Counted from the first letter of the stretch, positions 10,343 to 20,156 are shown. The stretch: 64,000 bases of DNA from Burkholderiales bacterium (GCA_040007475.1 JBDTVC010000002.1:4921-68920), one strand, 5' to 3'. Made by a program: numbers and translations. The notes: a model not told the origin generated them from the letters alone.

Positions 10343-10921
10343 TCACTTGGTGCACTTGCCGCCGACGGCCGCGGCGGCAAGGAAGGGCAGGCTCAGCAGG
10401 CCCATGCCGGCGCCGGCGAATTCGCCGTGCATGCAGTCGCCTCGGCCCGCGCTGCGGATGCCGTCCGACAGCCGCTCGTTCGGACTCGCGCGTGCCGGCT
10501 CCTCGCGCGACTCGGCGAGCTGCTCGCCAAGCGAGCGAGTCCGCGCGCTGGCGCGAATCGCGCGGCGGGTGGCCTCGGTGTCGAGCAGCGACGGCAGCGG
10601 CTCGTTCGCGCTCGCCGGCGGCGTGATGGGTTGCGCCGCGGTGACGACGGCGGTTGCCGCCTCCGGCGGCGCGGTCACTGTCGGCTTGCGCGGTCGGGCG
10701 GTGCTGCTCGGTCGAGCCAGCGAAGGCGAGGCGAGGGGCACGGGCACCGGTGTCGGCGGCGAGGGTGTGAGCGCGATCAGGCGCAGCGTCACGCGCTGCG
10801 GTGCCGCAGTGGAATCCGTGCGACTTCGCGACCCGCCCAGCGACACGATCAGCGCGACGTGAAGCGTCAGCACGGCAGCCCATGCCAGCGCGATGCGCAT
10901 GCCGCGCCGATGCGTCGTCAC
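10343..10921 (-). CDS. Hypothetical membrane-anchored Pro/Ala-rich protein
   Basis: N-terminal TM helix (IALAWAAVLTLHVALIVSL), a proline-rich linker (PSPPTPVPVPL), and a hydrophobic C-terminus. The GTG start overlaps the upstream stop (GTGA). No recognisable domain. Two alternative track ORFs cover the same DNA. Confidence 0.5.
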   Translation of the reverse strand: MTTHRRGMRIALAWAAVLTLHVALIVSLGGSRSRTDSTAAPQRVTLRLIALTPSPPTPVPVPLASPSLARPSSTARPRKPTVTAPPEAATAVVTAAQPITPPASANEPLPSLLDTEATRRAIRASARTRSLGEQLAESREEPARASPNERLSDGIRSAGRGDCMHGEFAGAGMGLLSLPFLAAAAVGGKCTK

Positions 10922-11448
10922 GCCGTGGCGAATTTGGCGACGAGCTTGCGCAGCGTACCGACGCCGCGAAAGGTCGAGCGCGTCTTCAGCGCGCGTTCGA
11001 ACGCCGCGTTCGAGAAGACGGAATCACTCTGCCGGTTGCTCGACAGCCAGAGCAGCTCGCGCCCGTGGACGACCAGCCGGTCGGTGTCGGTCGACATCGC
11101 CGCCACGGCCAGCAGGGCCTGCGGCGCGGGCGCGCTGCGGAGGAACCCGACGACCTGGGTGGCCGCGGTCGTCTGCAGCGTCGGGTGCGCGACGACGAGC
11201 GCGACTTCGTCGAGCGTGCGCACGAAGGTGTCGATCTCGAAGCCGAAGGCCGCGAGCAGTTGCCCCTCGATCCGGCGTTCGAGCGCCGCGGCGTCGCGCG
11301 CGCGGCTGTCGAAGACCACGTTGCCGCTGGCGATGAAGGTCTCGACGTTCGTCAGCGGCAGCGCCTCGAACGCGGCGCGCAGCGCGTCCATCTTCACCGT
11401 GCGCCCGTCGACGTTGACGGCCCGCAGGAACGCGACGCAGCGCGGCAT
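10918..11448 (-). CDS. DUF1697-family protein
   Basis: N-terminus MPRCVAFLRAVNVDGRTVKMDALRAAFEALPLTNVETFIASGNVVF matches the characteristic DUF1697 opening (LLRGINVGG-type). Confidence 0.75.
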   Translation of the reverse strand: MPRCVAFLRAVNVDGRTVKMDALRAAFEALPLTNVETFIASGNVVFDSRARDAAALERRIEGQLLAAFGFEIDTFVRTLDEVALVVAHPTLQTTAATQVVGFLRSAPAPQALLAVAAMSTDTDRLVVHGRELLWLSSNRQSDSVFSNAAFERALKTRSTFRGVGTLRKLVAKFATA

Positions 11449-11460
11449 GCGCAGGCGGGG

Positions 11461-12066
11461 TCAGGCGAGGTCTTTTTGCGTCTCGATCACGCGCGACACG
11501 ATGCCGTAGGCCACGGCCTCCTGCGCGTTCATCCAGTAGTCGCGTTCCATGTCGGCGAGCACGGCCTCGTAGGCCCTGCCGGTCTGCTTCGCGATCACGC
11601 GGCCGATGCGCTCGCGGGTCTTGATGATCTCCTTGGCCTGGATCGCGATGTCGGTCGCCTGGCCACCGGCACCGCCGGCCGGCTGGTGGATCATGAAGCG
11701 CGTGTTCGGCAGGCACACGCGGCGCTCCTTGGGCGGCGCCAGGAAGACGTGCGCGCCGGCGCTCGCGACCCAGCCGGTGCCCAGGGTCGTGACGGGCGCT
11801 CGCACGAAGCGGATCATGTCGTGGATCGCATCGCCCGATTCGACGTGGCCGCCCGGCGACGAGATCAGCACCGTGATCGGCGCGTCCGATTCTTCGGACA
11901 GCGCGAGCAGGCGCCGGCAGGTGGATTGCGCAAGCGCGTCGTCGATCTCGCCGAAGATCAGCACGAAGCGCGACTTGAACGAGAGCTGTTCCTCCAGTCG
12001 ATCGACTTTGTCGGCTTTGTCGGTCTTCGGGCTCTTGTCGTCGTCGGGGGCCAGTCGGGTGTTCAT
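11461..12066 (-). CDS. ClpP-family serine protease subunit (orphan paralogue)
   Basis: ISSPGGHVESG, a candidate catalytic Ser in GWVASAGAHVF, His in FMIHQP, Asp in DMERDYWM. Charged 30-aa N-terminal extension. No clpX or clpA adjacent. Confidence 0.8.
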   Translation of the reverse strand: MNTRLAPDDDKSPKTDKADKVDRLEEQLSFKSRFVLIFGEIDDALAQSTCRRLLALSEESDAPITVLISSPGGHVESGDAIHDMIRFVRAPVTTLGTGWVASAGAHVFLAPPKERRVCLPNTRFMIHQPAGGAGGQATDIAIQAKEIIKTRERIGRVIAKQTGRAYEAVLADMERDYWMNAQEAVAYGIVSRVIETQKDLA

Positions 12067-12152
12067 GGGGTGTCGCTCCGGGTGAGTATCGATGGATTGT
12101 TGCGCATTCCGCGTGCGAGACTGTGCGCCTTCCCTTCGCGCAGATCGGGGTC

Positions 12153-13604
12153 ATGATGGCCGAGGATCGAGTCGATGTGCTGATCGTGGGTGCCGGTCTC
12201 TCCGGCATCGGCGCGGCCTGCCACCTGGAGCGTCTGTGCCCCGGCCGCAGCGTCGCGATCCTCGAGGGCCGGCAGTCGCTCGGCGGCACCTGGGACCTGT
12301 TCCGCTACCCCGGCATTCGCTCCGACTCCGACATGTACACGCTGGGCTATTCGTTCCGGCCCTGGACCGGCGAGAAGTCGATCGCCGACGGGCCCGCCAT
12401 CCTGCAATACCTGCAGGACACGGCGCGCGAGAACGGCATCGACCGCCTCATCCGCTACGGTCACCGCGTGCGCCGCGCCGCCTAGTCGTCGGCCGATGCG
12501 CAATGGACGGTCGAGGTCGAGCGCGAGGGCGAGACCGTCGCGCTGCGAGCCGGGTTCCTGCTGATGTGCGGCGGCTACTACGACTACGCCGAGGGCCACA
12601 GCCCCGAGTTCGCCGGGCGGCACGACTTCAAGGGCCGCATCGTGCATCCGCAGCAATGGCGCGACGACATCGACTACGCCGGCAAGCGCGTCGTCGTGAT
12701 CGGCAGCGGGGCCACCGCGGTCACGCTGGTGCCCGAGCTCGCGAAGCGCGCCGCGCACGTCACGATGCTGCAGCGCTCACCGACCTACATGGTGTCGCGG
12801 CCGTCGGTCGATTCGGTGGCACGCTGGCTGCAGCGCCGCACGCCGCGCGCCGTCGCGCACGGTCTCACGCGCTGGAAGAACCTGCTGTTCGGCATGTACA
12901 TCTTCAGGCTGTGCCGGCGGCAGCCGCAGCGCGTGAAGGCCGGCATGATCAAGCTGGTGCAGGACCAGCTCGCGCCGGGGTACGACGTGGCAACCCACTT
13001 CACGCCGCGCTACAACCCGTGGGAGCAGCGGTTGTGCCTGGTGCCCGACGGCGATCTGTTCAACGCGATCCGCGCGCAACGCGCCAGCGTCGTCACCGAC
13101 CGCATCGAGCGTTTCACCGCGAACGGCATCCTGCTCGCCAGCGGCACCGAGCTGCCGGCCGATCTTGTCGTCAGTGCCACGGGCCTGAAGCTGACGGTGC
13201 TCGGCGGCATCGAACTCAGCGTCGACGGCCAGCGCGTCGAGCCGGGCAAGCTCGTCAACTACAAGGGCATCATGTTCGGCGGGGTGCCCAACTTCGCGTC
13301 GGTGTTCGGCTACACGAACGCCTCGTGGACGCTGAAGGCCGATCTGGCCAGCACCTTCGTCTGCCGGTTGTTGAACCACATGCAGCGCATCGGCGTGCGC
13401 CAGTGCGTCCCGCGCGCGGACGATCCGGCGATGACGATCGAACCGTGGGTCGACTTCTCGTCGGGCTACTTCCAGCGTGCGCTCGACCAGTTGCCCAGGC
13501 AAGGATCGAAGAAGCCGTGGAAGCTGAACCAGAACTATCTCGCCGACCTGATGACGCTGCGCTACGGCAAGGTCGACGACGGCGTGATGAGCTTCTCGAC
13601 GTAA
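12153..13604 (+). pseudogene. FAD-dependent (Baeyer-Villiger/flavin-containing-type) monooxygenase interrupted by one in-frame TAG
   Basis: Track ORFs 12123..12485 and 12564..13604 are in the same frame. The first carries the FAD motif VLIVGAGLSGIG and the GGTW motif. The second carries the second Rossmann motif VVVIGSGATAV. The only interruption is TAG at 12483..12485. Confidence 0.8.
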
Positions 13605-13652
13605 GCAACGCGGCCGGGGCACCATCGCCAAGTCATAGGAACAAGGGAGACA

Positions 13653-14246
13653 CTACCCGTGACGGATTTCGGTTCCCAGGACATTCAGGCATTCACGAAT
13701 GAACGCCGCAAGCGCCGTCCAGCCCTTGGCTGAGACCATCGTTCCATCCACGTAGGCCTCGGTTGGCGACAGGTCGATGTAGGTGCCGCCGGCGAGTGTC
13801 ACCTCGGGCTCGCACGCGCCCAGGGCGGCAACCTTCTTGCCCCGGACGACGCCGTCGACAGCGACGAGAATCTGCACGCCGTGGCAGATCGTGAAGATCG
13901 GCTTCGCCTTCTCGTGGAAATGCCGGACGATGGCCTGTACGCGCTTGTCGGTACGGATGTACTCCGGTCCGCGGCCGCCGGCGCAGTAGACCGCGTGGTA
14001 CTGGTCGAGCTGCACTTCGGCTTCCGAGAACGTCTTGTTGATCGTGAAGAAGTGGCCGAGCTTTTCCGTGTAGGTCTGGTCACCTTCGAAGTCGTGCAGC
14101 GACGTCTTGATCAGATCACCGGCCTTCTTGTCGGGGCACACGACATGGACCGTGTGTCCCACGGCCTCCATCGCCTGCTGGTACACGAAGATCTCGTACT
14201 CTTCGGTGAATTCGCCGGTCAGCATCAGAATCTTTTTGCCTGGCAT
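13653..14246 (-). CDS. DJ-1/PfpI-family protein
   Basis: 197 aa with nucleophile-elbow Cys in FTICHGVQIL and the typical DJ-1/PfpI length and layout. Confidence 0.85.
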   Translation of the reverse strand: MPGKKILMLTGEFTEEYEIFVYQQAMEAVGHTVHVVCPDKKAGDLIKTSLHDFEGDQTYTEKLGHFFTINKTFSEAEVQLDQYHAVYCAGGRGPEYIRTDKRVQAIVRHFHEKAKPIFTICHGVQILVAVDGVVRGKKVAALGACEPEVTLAGGTYIDLSPTEAYVDGTMVSAKGWTALAAFIRECLNVLGTEIRHG

Positions 14247-14271
14247 GAACTAGTCTCCTTCGGGTTTCGCA

Positions 14272-14290
14272 GGCGGATGCGACATCCGCC
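14272..14290 (-). terminator. Stem-loop after the UPF0261 gene (possible terminator or mRNA stabiliser; no U-tract)
   Basis: GGCGGATG-CGA-CATCCGCC, an 8-bp perfect stem lying between the stop at 14306 and the DJ-1 start at 14246. Confidence 0.3.
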
Positions 14291-14305
14291 CGCTCGGGTG
14301 GTCGG

Positions 14306-15514
14306 TTAGCTCGGCAAGACGGAACGCAACGTCCTGACGACTTCGTCAATGAACAAGCGGTCGTTGATGTGCGCGGCCACGCGCACCACACGGCGATCGT
14401 CGGTCTGCTTTACACCTGACGTGATGGCGTCGAACAGCGCGGCGTCGGCCTGCGGCCACCAGAATGGATGCCCCGGCGCGTCGAGCGCCGAGACACCACC
14501 TTCGGGGATCAAGAAGCGCACGGTCCCCTGCATCCGGTTCAGCCGCTCGGCGATCCAGGTGCCGATACGGCGGTTCTCGTCCGGCGTCGTTCGCATCAGC
14601 GTGACGTTGGCGTTGTGGACGTGGAACAACCGACCATCGAACGCGTTCGGCACGCTGTCGCGCGCCCAGAAGTTGACCATGTCGAGCGCGCCGCACGAGC
14701 CCACGTACGGCAAGGCACGCCGGGCCGGCGCACCGAGCCGGTCGTCGCCCGCGCTCAGCACGCCCCCGCACAGCAGGTCGGCGATCTCGGTCGTCGTCAG
14801 GTCCACCATCGCCGCGAGGTGGCCGTCGTCGGCGAGCTTCTCGAGGCTTTGCCCGCCCGCACCGGTGGCGTGGAACACGAGGCATTCGAATTCGCGCTGG
14901 AGTGCCTCGGTCACGCCTTGAACGCAGGGCGTCGTCACGCCGAACATCGACAGGCCGATCGCGGGGAGGGCGTTCGGAGCACTGGTCAGTGGGGCCGCCA
15001 CCATCCCGGCCATCGCGTGCGCGGCATTGGCCAGCACCAGGCGCGAGATGCGGTTGAGGCCCGACACGTCGACCACCGGATAGAGCATCGCGATGTCGGA
15101 GCTGCCCACATAGGGCCGCACGTCGCCCGATGCGAGCGTGCAGACGAGCAGCTTCGGCAGCCCCACCGGCAGCGCACGCATCGCGGGGCTGACGAGCGCG
15201 GCCGCGCCCGAACCGCCGGCGCCGATGATGCCCCCCAGGTCGGCGCGCTGCAGAGCAAAGGCGACAAGCGCCTGCGCCATCGCGTCGACGGCGCTGCCGC
15301 GTTCATGCGTGAACACGTCGGCCGCCGCGCCATGTCGTGCGACCTCGGCGGCGGACACATCGGCGCCACGCTCGGCTGCCGATGAGGTGGACACATCGAC
15401 AGTCACGGTCGCGACGCCGCGGGCCGCGATGCAGTCGCGCAGGAAGAGCAGTTCGTCGCGCTTGGTGTCGAAGGCGCCGACGACGAAGGCGGCGCGCGGA
15501 GTCGGGTGGCTCAC
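14306..15514 (-). CDS. UPF0261 / Tm-1-like ATP-binding domain protein
   Basis: 402 aa. N-terminus [18 protein letters not shown] is typical of the UPF0261 family, which forms the N-terminal half of plant Tm-1. The GTG start overlaps the upstream stop (GTGA). Confidence 0.8.
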   Translation of the reverse strand: MSHPTPRAAFVVGAFDTKRDELLFLRDCIAARGVATVTVDVSTSSAAERGADVSAAEVARHGAAADVFTHERGSAVDAMAQALVAFALQRADLGGIIGAGGSGAAALVSPAMRALPVGLPKLLVCTLASGDVRPYVGSSDIAMLYPVVDVSGLNRISRLVLANAAHAMAGMVAAPLTSAPNALPAIGLSMFGVTTPCVQGVTEALQREFECLVFHATGAGGQSLEKLADDGHLAAMVDLTTTEIADLLCGGVLSAGDDRLGAPARRALPYVGSCGALDMVNFWARDSVPNAFDGRLFHVHNANVTLMRTTPDENRRIGTWIAERLNRMQGTVRFLIPEGGVSALDAPGHPFWWPQADAALFDAITSGVKQTDDRRVVRVAAHINDRLFIDEVVRTLRSVLPS

Positions 15515-16344
15515 TCCGACCTCAACGCCTTGTACCGCTCCACGTGCGCCTTGATCGCCAGCTCGGTGGGCAGGCGCTCCATGCTGCTCGCCCCGTAGAA
15601 GCCATTGCAGTGCGCGCTGTGCTTCAGGACATAGGCCACATCCTCGGGCATCGATATCGGCCCGCCATGGGCGATGACGATCACGTCCTTGCGGACCTTG
15701 CGTGCGGCTTCAGCCCATTCGTCGATCAGTTGAACCGATTGCGCCAGCGTCTTGGCCGACGTGGCGCCAATCGTGCCGCCAACGGTCACGCCCATGTGCG
15801 GCACGATGAAGTCGGCACCGGCCTCCGTCATCGCCACCGCCTCGTCGGCGCTGAAGACGTAGGGCGTCGTCAGCAAGTCGAGTTCGTGCGCCTGGCGGAT
15901 CATGTCCACCTCGGTCGAGAAGTTGATGCCTGTCTCTTCGAGGCCTTGGCGGAAGGTGCCGTCGATGATGCCGATCGTCGGAAAGTTCTGAACACCCGAG
16001 AAGCCCAACTCCTTCAGGCGCCGCAAGAACGCGGGCATGATGACGAACGGGTCGGTACCGTTCACGCCCGCGATCACCGGCGTGTGCTTGACGATCGGCA
16101 GCACTTCGCCTGCCATGTCGAGCACGATGTCATTGGCATTCCCGTACGCCAGCATCCCGGCCAGTGACGCGCGCCCGGCCATCCGGTAGCGGCCCGAGTT
16201 GTAGATGACGATCAGGTCGATGCCGGCCGCCTCTTCGCACTTGGCCGAGATGCCGGTGCCCGCGCCACCGCCGATGATGGGCTTTCGCCGCGCCACCATC
16301 GCATTGAACTTGCGCATCAGCGCCTGACGATCGAATCTCGCCAC
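15511..16344 (-). CDS. Phosphoenolpyruvate-hydrolase-like TIM-barrel protein (C-terminal half of the Tm-1 architecture)
   Basis: 277 aa with [37 protein letters not shown] and PHMGVTVGG, characteristic of the PEP_hydrolase (TIM-barrel signal-transduction) family. Confidence 0.8.
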   Translation of the reverse strand: MARFDRQALMRKFNAMVARRKPIIGGGAGTGISAKCEEAAGIDLIVIYNSGRYRMAGRASLAGMLAYGNANDIVLDMAGEVLPIVKHTPVIAGVNGTDPFVIMPAFLRRLKELGFSGVQNFPTIGIIDGTFRQGLEETGINFSTEVDMIRQAHELDLLTTPYVFSADEAVAMTEAGADFIVPHMGVTVGGTIGATSAKTLAQSVQLIDEWAEAARKVRKDVIVIAHGGPISMPEDVAYVLKHSAHCNGFYGASSMERLPTELAIKAHVERYKALRSE

Positions 16345-16353
16345 GGCGTGTCC

Positions 16354-17667
16354 TCAGCCGGAAAACCGGTTGAACCAGTTCTCCAGCCATTCCTGACGGC
16401 CGGAGACGGGCGGCTCGTCGACGTTGCGTTGCAGCGCGTGCGCGGCTGCGGCAGCAAGGTCGGCGCCGAGCAACTCGTGACCCAGGTCGCCACGCCAGCC
16501 CGCATAGCGCTCCGAGACGAACCGCGCGTGGCCGCCGTCGTCGATCATGGCCTCCGCTGCCAGCAGCGCGCGCGCACAAAGATCCATCGCGCCGATGTGT
16601 CCGTGAAACATGTCTTCGGCGTCGATCGAGGGCCGCCGCACCTTGGCGTCGAAGTTGACACCGCCAGTCGTGAAGCCGCCGCCCTGCATGATGGTGTACA
16701 TCACCAGCGCCATCTCGCCCAGGTTGTTCGGGAACTGGTCGGTGTCCCAGCCGCACTGCATGTCGCCGCGGTTCATGTCGATCGAGCCGAAAATGCCGAG
16801 CGCTTGCGCGGTCGCGATCTCGTGCTCGAAGCTGTGCCCGGCGAGCGTCGCGTGATTGCCTTCGATGTTGACCTTGACCTCGTTCTCGAGCCCGTTCTTT
16901 TGCAGGAAGCCGAAGACGGTGGCGACGTCGAAGTCGTACTGGTGCTTGGTGGGCTCGCGCGGCTTGGGCTCGATCAGGATCGTGCCCTTGAAGCCGATCT
17001 TGTGCTTGTGCTCGACCACCATCTGCATGAAGCGTCCGAGCTGCGCAAGCTCCTGCTTCAGGTCGGTATTCAGCAGCGTTTCATAGCCCTCGCGCCCGCC
17101 CCACAGCACGTAGTTCTCGCCGCCGAGCTTCAGCGTGGCTTCCATCGCTTCCTTCACCTGCAGCGCGGCGAGCGCGAACACCTCGGGGTTCGGGTTGGTC
17201 GCCGCACCGCACATGAAGCGCCGGTGGCTGAACAGATTGGCGGTGCCCCACAGCAACTTGATGCCCGTGTCCTGCTGCTTGCGCGCGAGCACGTCGACCA
17301 TGCGCTTGAACAGCTCGACCGACGCCTTGGGCGTACCGCCTTCGGGCGCGACATCGCGGTCATGAAAGCAGTAGTAGGGCGCGCCGAGCCGGGTGAAGAA
17401 ATCGAACGCGGCGTCCGCCTTCGCGAGCGCGGCCTGCCACGGGTCGGCCAGCTGGTGCCAGGGGCGCTGAAAGCTGCCGTCGTACCCGAACACGTCGAAG
17501 CCGTTCCACGCGAAGCTGTGCCAGTAGCAGACCGCAAAGCGAAGCTGGTCTTCCATGCGCTTGCCAAGCACGAGGCGGTCGCGGTCGTAGTGGCGAAAGG
17601 CCATCGGGTTGGTGGTGGCCAGGCCCTCGAAGCGGATGGGCGCTGTGGTCTCAAAGATCGTCGACAT
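16354..17667 (-). CDS. xylA: Xylose isomerase
   Basis: 437 aa with [37 protein letters not shown] and [15 protein letters not shown], the classic class-II XylA signatures. Confidence 0.93.
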   Translation of the reverse strand: MSTIFETTAPIRFEGLATTNPMAFRHYDRDRLVLGKRMEDQLRFAVCYWHSFAWNGFDVFGYDGSFQRPWHQLADPWQAALAKADAAFDFFTRLGAPYYCFHDRDVAPEGGTPKASVELFKRMVDVLARKQQDTGIKLLWGTANLFSHRRFMCGAATNPNPEVFALAALQVKEAMEATLKLGGENYVLWGGREGYETLLNTDLKQELAQLGRFMQMVVEHKHKIGFKGTILIEPKPREPTKHQYDFDVATVFGFLQKNGLENEVKVNIEGNHATLAGHSFEHEIATAQALGIFGSIDMNRGDMQCGWDTDQFPNNLGEMALVMYTIMQGGGFTTGGVNFDAKVRRPSIDAEDMFHGHIGAMDLCARALLAAEAMIDDGGHARFVSERYAGWRGDLGHELLGADLAAAAAHALQRNVDEPPVSGRQEWLENWFNRFSG

Positions 17668-17748
17668 GTCTGTTCCCGGTTGGTGAATGCGGGTGGCTCT
17701 CGGCGACTCTCACGTCTCCACGCCGATGCCGAGATCCGTGGTGGCCGA

Positions 17749-18948
17749 CTACAGCTTTAGCTGTGCGTTGATCCAGCGGCCATCGGCATGGCTGGACTCG
17801 ACCACCGCCTCGATGAACTTCATGCCCAGCGCGCCGTCCTCGACGCCGGGTACCGTGCACGCGAGCGGGTCGGGTGCCGTGCCAGCGAGGCGTGCGTGCA
17901 GCTGGTCGGCCACATCGCGGTAGAGCTGGGCGAACGCTTCGAGATAGCCCTCGGGGTGGCCGCCCGGAATGCGTGTTGCGCGGCCGGCCGCGGCACCCGC
18001 GCCAGGGCCGGCGCGCGTGATCAGGCGCGGCTGCTGACCGAGCGGCGTGAACCACAGCTGATTCGGCTCCTCCTGGTTGAACTCGAGGCCGGCCTTGCTG
18101 CCGTAGATGCGAACCCGCAGCGCGTTTTCGTTGCCCGGCGCCACCTGGCTGGCCCACAGCATGCCGCGCGCGCCGTTGGCGTAACGCAGCATCACGTGCA
18201 CGTTGTCGTCGAGCCGCCGGCCTGGCACGAAGGTCGTGAGGTCGGCGCTGACCGCGAGCAGCTCAAGGCCGGTGATGTAGCGCACCAGGTGTTCGGCATG
18301 GGTACCGATGTCGCCGAGCGCGCCGCCGGCGCCCGCCCGTGCCGGGTCGACGCGCCACGCGGCCTGCTTGTGGCCGCTGGCTTCGAGATCGGTGCTCAAC
18401 CAGTCCTGCGCGTACTGGGCCTGCACGACGCGAATGTCGCCGAGCTCGCCCGCCGCGACCATCTCGCGCGCCTGCCGGACCATCGGGTAGCCGCTGTAGT
18501 TGTGCGTCAGCGCGAACAGGCAGCCGCTGCGGCGCACCTGCTGCACCAGCGTCATCGCCTCGCCTAGTGTCGTGCTGAGCGGCTTGTCGCAGATGACGTG
18601 CATGCCGACATCGAGAAACGCGCTTGCGATCGGCGCATGCAGGTGGTTTGGCGTGACGATGGCGACGACGTCGATGCCAGCCGGGTGCGCGGCCTCGGCC
18701 TTGGCCATCTGGAGGTAGTCGGCGTAGCTGCGATCCGGCGCGATGTGCAGCTCTGCGGCGCTGGCGCGCGCGCGCGCCGGATCGGACGAGAGCGCGCCTG
18801 CGACGAGCTCGTAGCGGTCATCCAGGCGTGCCGCGATGCGGTGAACTCCGCCGATGAACGCGCCTTGTCCGCCACCCACCATGCCCAGGCGAATGCGTCG
18901 CGGCGTGGCGACGGGCGCGGGGTTGGTCTGTGTCGATTCGATAGGCAC
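17749..18948 (-). CDS. Gfo/Idh/MocA-family NAD(P)-dependent oxidoreductase
   Basis: N-terminal Rossmann motif IRLGMVGGGQGAFIG and the EKP-like CDKPL motif; 399 aa. Confidence 0.85.
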   Translation of the reverse strand: MPIESTQTNPAPVATPRRIRLGMVGGGQGAFIGGVHRIAARLDDRYELVAGALSSDPARARASAAELHIAPDRSYADYLQMAKAEAAHPAGIDVVAIVTPNHLHAPIASAFLDVGMHVICDKPLSTTLGEAMTLVQQVRRSGCLFALTHNYSGYPMVRQAREMVAAGELGDIRVVQAQYAQDWLSTDLEASGHKQAAWRVDPARAGAGGALGDIGTHAEHLVRYITGLELLAVSADLTTFVPGRRLDDNVHVMLRYANGARGMLWASQVAPGNENALRVRIYGSKAGLEFNQEEPNQLWFTPLGQQPRLITRAGPGAGAAAGRATRIPGGHPEGYLEAFAQLYRDVADQLHARLAGTAPDPLACTVPGVEDGALGMKFIEAVVESSHADGRWINAQLKL

Positions 18949-18984
18949 CTCGGGAACTCCTCGGTTCGTGTTGTGGTGATGGCG

Positions 18985-20040
18985 TCAGGCGATGCCGAGC
19001 ATCTTTTTGTTCGCGGCCGTGTTCACCCCGTTGCCCGCGAAGTCGTCGAACGCGCGGTCTGCGACGCGAATGATGTGGTCGCGCACGAAGGCCGCACCTT
19101 CCCGCGCACCGTCCTCCGGGTGCTTGATGCAGCACTCCCACTCCACCACTGCCCAGCCGGGGAAGTTGTAGCCCGCCATCTTCGAGAAGATGGCACCGAA
19201 GTCGACCTGCCCGTCACCCAGCGAGCGAAAACGACCGGCACGCTTGAGCCAGGGCTGAAAGCCGCCATACACGCCTTGCTTGCCAGTCGGGTTGAACTCG
19301 GCGTCCTTCACGTGAAAGATCTTGATGCGGTCGTGATAGCAGTCGATGTAGTCGAGGTAGTTCAGCTGCTGCAGCACGAAGTGGCTCGGGTCATAGAGCA
19401 AGCAGGCGCGCTTGTGGTGGCCTACGCGATCGAGGAACATTTCGTAGGTTTCGCCGTCGTGCAGGTCTTCGCCGGGGTGGATCTCGTAGCAAACATCGAC
19501 GCCGGCAGCATCGAACGCATCGAGGATGGGGCGCCAGCGCCGGGCGAGCTCGTCGAACGCCTCTTCGATCAGGCCGGCCGGGCGTGGCGGCCACGAGTAG
19601 AGGTACGGCCACGCCAGCGCACCGGAGAAGCTCGCGTGCGCGGTGAGCCCGAGGTTGGCCGAGGCCTTGGCCGCCAGCATCATCTGCTCGACCGCCCATA
19701 TCTGGCGCCGCACCGGATCGCCGCGCACCTCGGGCGCGGCGAAGCCATCGAAGCCCGCGTCGTATGCAGGGTGAACGGCGACGAGCTGGCCTTGCAGGTG
19801 GGTCGACAGCTCGGTGAGTTCGAGCCCGTGCTGCGCGAGCGTGCCCTTGATCTCCTCGCAGTAGGTCTTGCTCTGTGCGGCCTTCTGCAGATCGAACAGC
19901 CGGCCGTCCCAGCTCGGCATCTGAATGCCCTTGTACCCGATGCTGGCGGCCCACTTGGCGATCGAGTCCAGGGTGTTGAAGGGTGGTGTGTCGCCGGCGA
20001 ATTGCGCGAGAAAAAGGGCCGGGCCCTTGATGGTCTTCAT
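18985..20040 (-). CDS. Sugar phosphate isomerase/epimerase (xylose-isomerase-like TIM barrel)
   Basis: 351 aa. This is the usual partner of the Gfo/Idh/MocA gene immediately downstream. Call based on TIM-barrel family features (YEIHPGED, LGDGQVDF). Confidence 0.75.
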   Translation of the reverse strand: MKTIKGPALFLAQFAGDTPPFNTLDSIAKWAASIGYKGIQMPSWDGRLFDLQKAAQSKTYCEEIKGTLAQHGLELTELSTHLQGQLVAVHPAYDAGFDGFAAPEVRGDPVRRQIWAVEQMMLAAKASANLGLTAHASFSGALAWPYLYSWPPRPAGLIEEAFDELARRWRPILDAFDAAGVDVCYEIHPGEDLHDGETYEMFLDRVGHHKRACLLYDPSHFVLQQLNYLDYIDCYHDRIKIFHVKDAEFNPTGKQGVYGGFQPWLKRAGRFRSLGDGQVDFGAIFSKMAGYNFPGWAVVEWECCIKHPEDGAREGAAFVRDHIIRVADRAFDDFAGNGVNTAANKKMLGIA

Positions 20041-20111
20041 CGGTGTCTCCGTCGTCCGAAGTTGTGCGCTGCGGGCTGCATGATGCGACCGAAAACGACC
20101 GAGGTCAATAT

Positions 20112-20124
20112 CTGGTCAGACCAG
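20112..20124. promoter_or_regulatory. FadR/GntR-type operator palindrome 1 (CTGGTCAGACCAG)
   Basis: Perfect 13-nt palindrome CTGGTC-A-GACCAG that abuts the -35 hexamer. An identical copy lies 45 bp downstream. Confidence 0.65.
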
Positions 20125-20153
20125 TTGACATGGCATTTTCGAGCTTGTATTCT
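20125..20153 (+). promoter_or_regulatory. Sigma70-type promoter of the ABC-transporter/enzymes operon
   Basis: TTGACA (20125..20130), a 17-nt spacer, then TATTCT (20148..20153). It lies 76 nt upstream of the SBP start codon. Confidence 0.6.
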
Positions 20154-20156
20154 TTG

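Noticed and set aside
8116-10380. 754-aa ORF on the minus strand
   Set aside because: Antisense to the GNAT and acyl-CoA synthetase genes, which carry clear motifs. It has the Arg/Ala-rich shadow-frame composition.
12483-12485. The in-frame TAG as programmed recoding (pyrrolysine or read-through)
   Set aside because: There is no Pyl machinery or downstream recoding structure visible, and the lineage is not known for it. A nonsense mutation or a base-call error is far more parsimonious.
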